DNA of 64,000 bases, from the NCBI RefSeq assembly GCF_003334385.1, contig NZ_QOWN01000002.1; one strand, given 5' to 3'. Position 1 is the first letter of the stretch; each line of letters begins with the position of its first letter. Below the pieces are notes generated by a model that was not told where the DNA came from, searched no databases, and worked only from the letters and a program-made list of their open reading frames with translations. The stretch is from Escherichia coli (GTDB lineage Bacteria; Pseudomonadota; Gammaproteobacteria; Enterobacterales; Enterobacteriaceae). Shown here piece after piece: positions 63,969 to 64,000 of the stretch. A program made the position numbers and the translations under genes.

Positions 63969-64000
63969 TATCTAATACAAACACTAAAACGGGCCATCAG

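Overview
This window is a contiguous Escherichia coli chromosomal segment. By my recognition of the translated ORFs it is syntenic with the K-12 interval yghQ -> yqiI. It holds about 62 protein-coding genes, one multi-frameshift pseudogene (yghX), one riboswitch (FMN/RFN in the ribB leader), REP/BIME repeat clusters and many hairpin terminators. I found no rRNA, tRNA, CRISPR array, IS element, integrase or prophage gene.

Recognised blocks, left to right:
- an accessory cluster (nt 1-8399)
- pitB, gss, yghU
- the hydrogenase-2 operon hybOABCDEFG
- yghW, yghX (pseudogene), gpr, yqhA, yghA
- exbBD, metC, yghB
- yqhC-yqhD-dkgA, yqhGH, ygiQ
- ftsP, plsC, parC, ygiS
- the mqsRA toxin-antitoxin module, ygiVW, qseBC, ygiZ
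- mdaB-ygiN
- parE-yqiA-cpdA-yqiB-nudF
- tolC-ygiBC, ygiD, zupT, ribB, ubiK (yqiC)
- the ygiL-yqiGHI chaperone-usher fimbrial operon

The most interesting part is the left 8.4 kb. It contains a serine-palmitoyltransferase-like alpha-oxoamine synthase (5' end outside the window) and a second LptF/LptG-like permease pair. It also contains a YtfJ-like periplasmic protein, a 274-aa orphan, a full-length YghQ MOP-type flippase and three paralogous P-loop proteins (YghR/S/T). Together these look like an uncharacterised amino-lipid or glycolipid biosynthesis and export system. From memory, K-12 keeps only a remnant of it.

Other points worth a second look:
- a perfect 32-bp tandem duplication in the mqsRA promoter that creates a third MqsA-type palindrome
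- the tolC-linked ygiB-ygiC pair (a Gss-like ATP-grasp ligase of unknown substrate)
- an apparently intact yqi usher gene
- a small convergent membrane ORF next to zupT

All identifications rest on reading the sequence and ORF translations and on recalled family knowledge. No database search was run.
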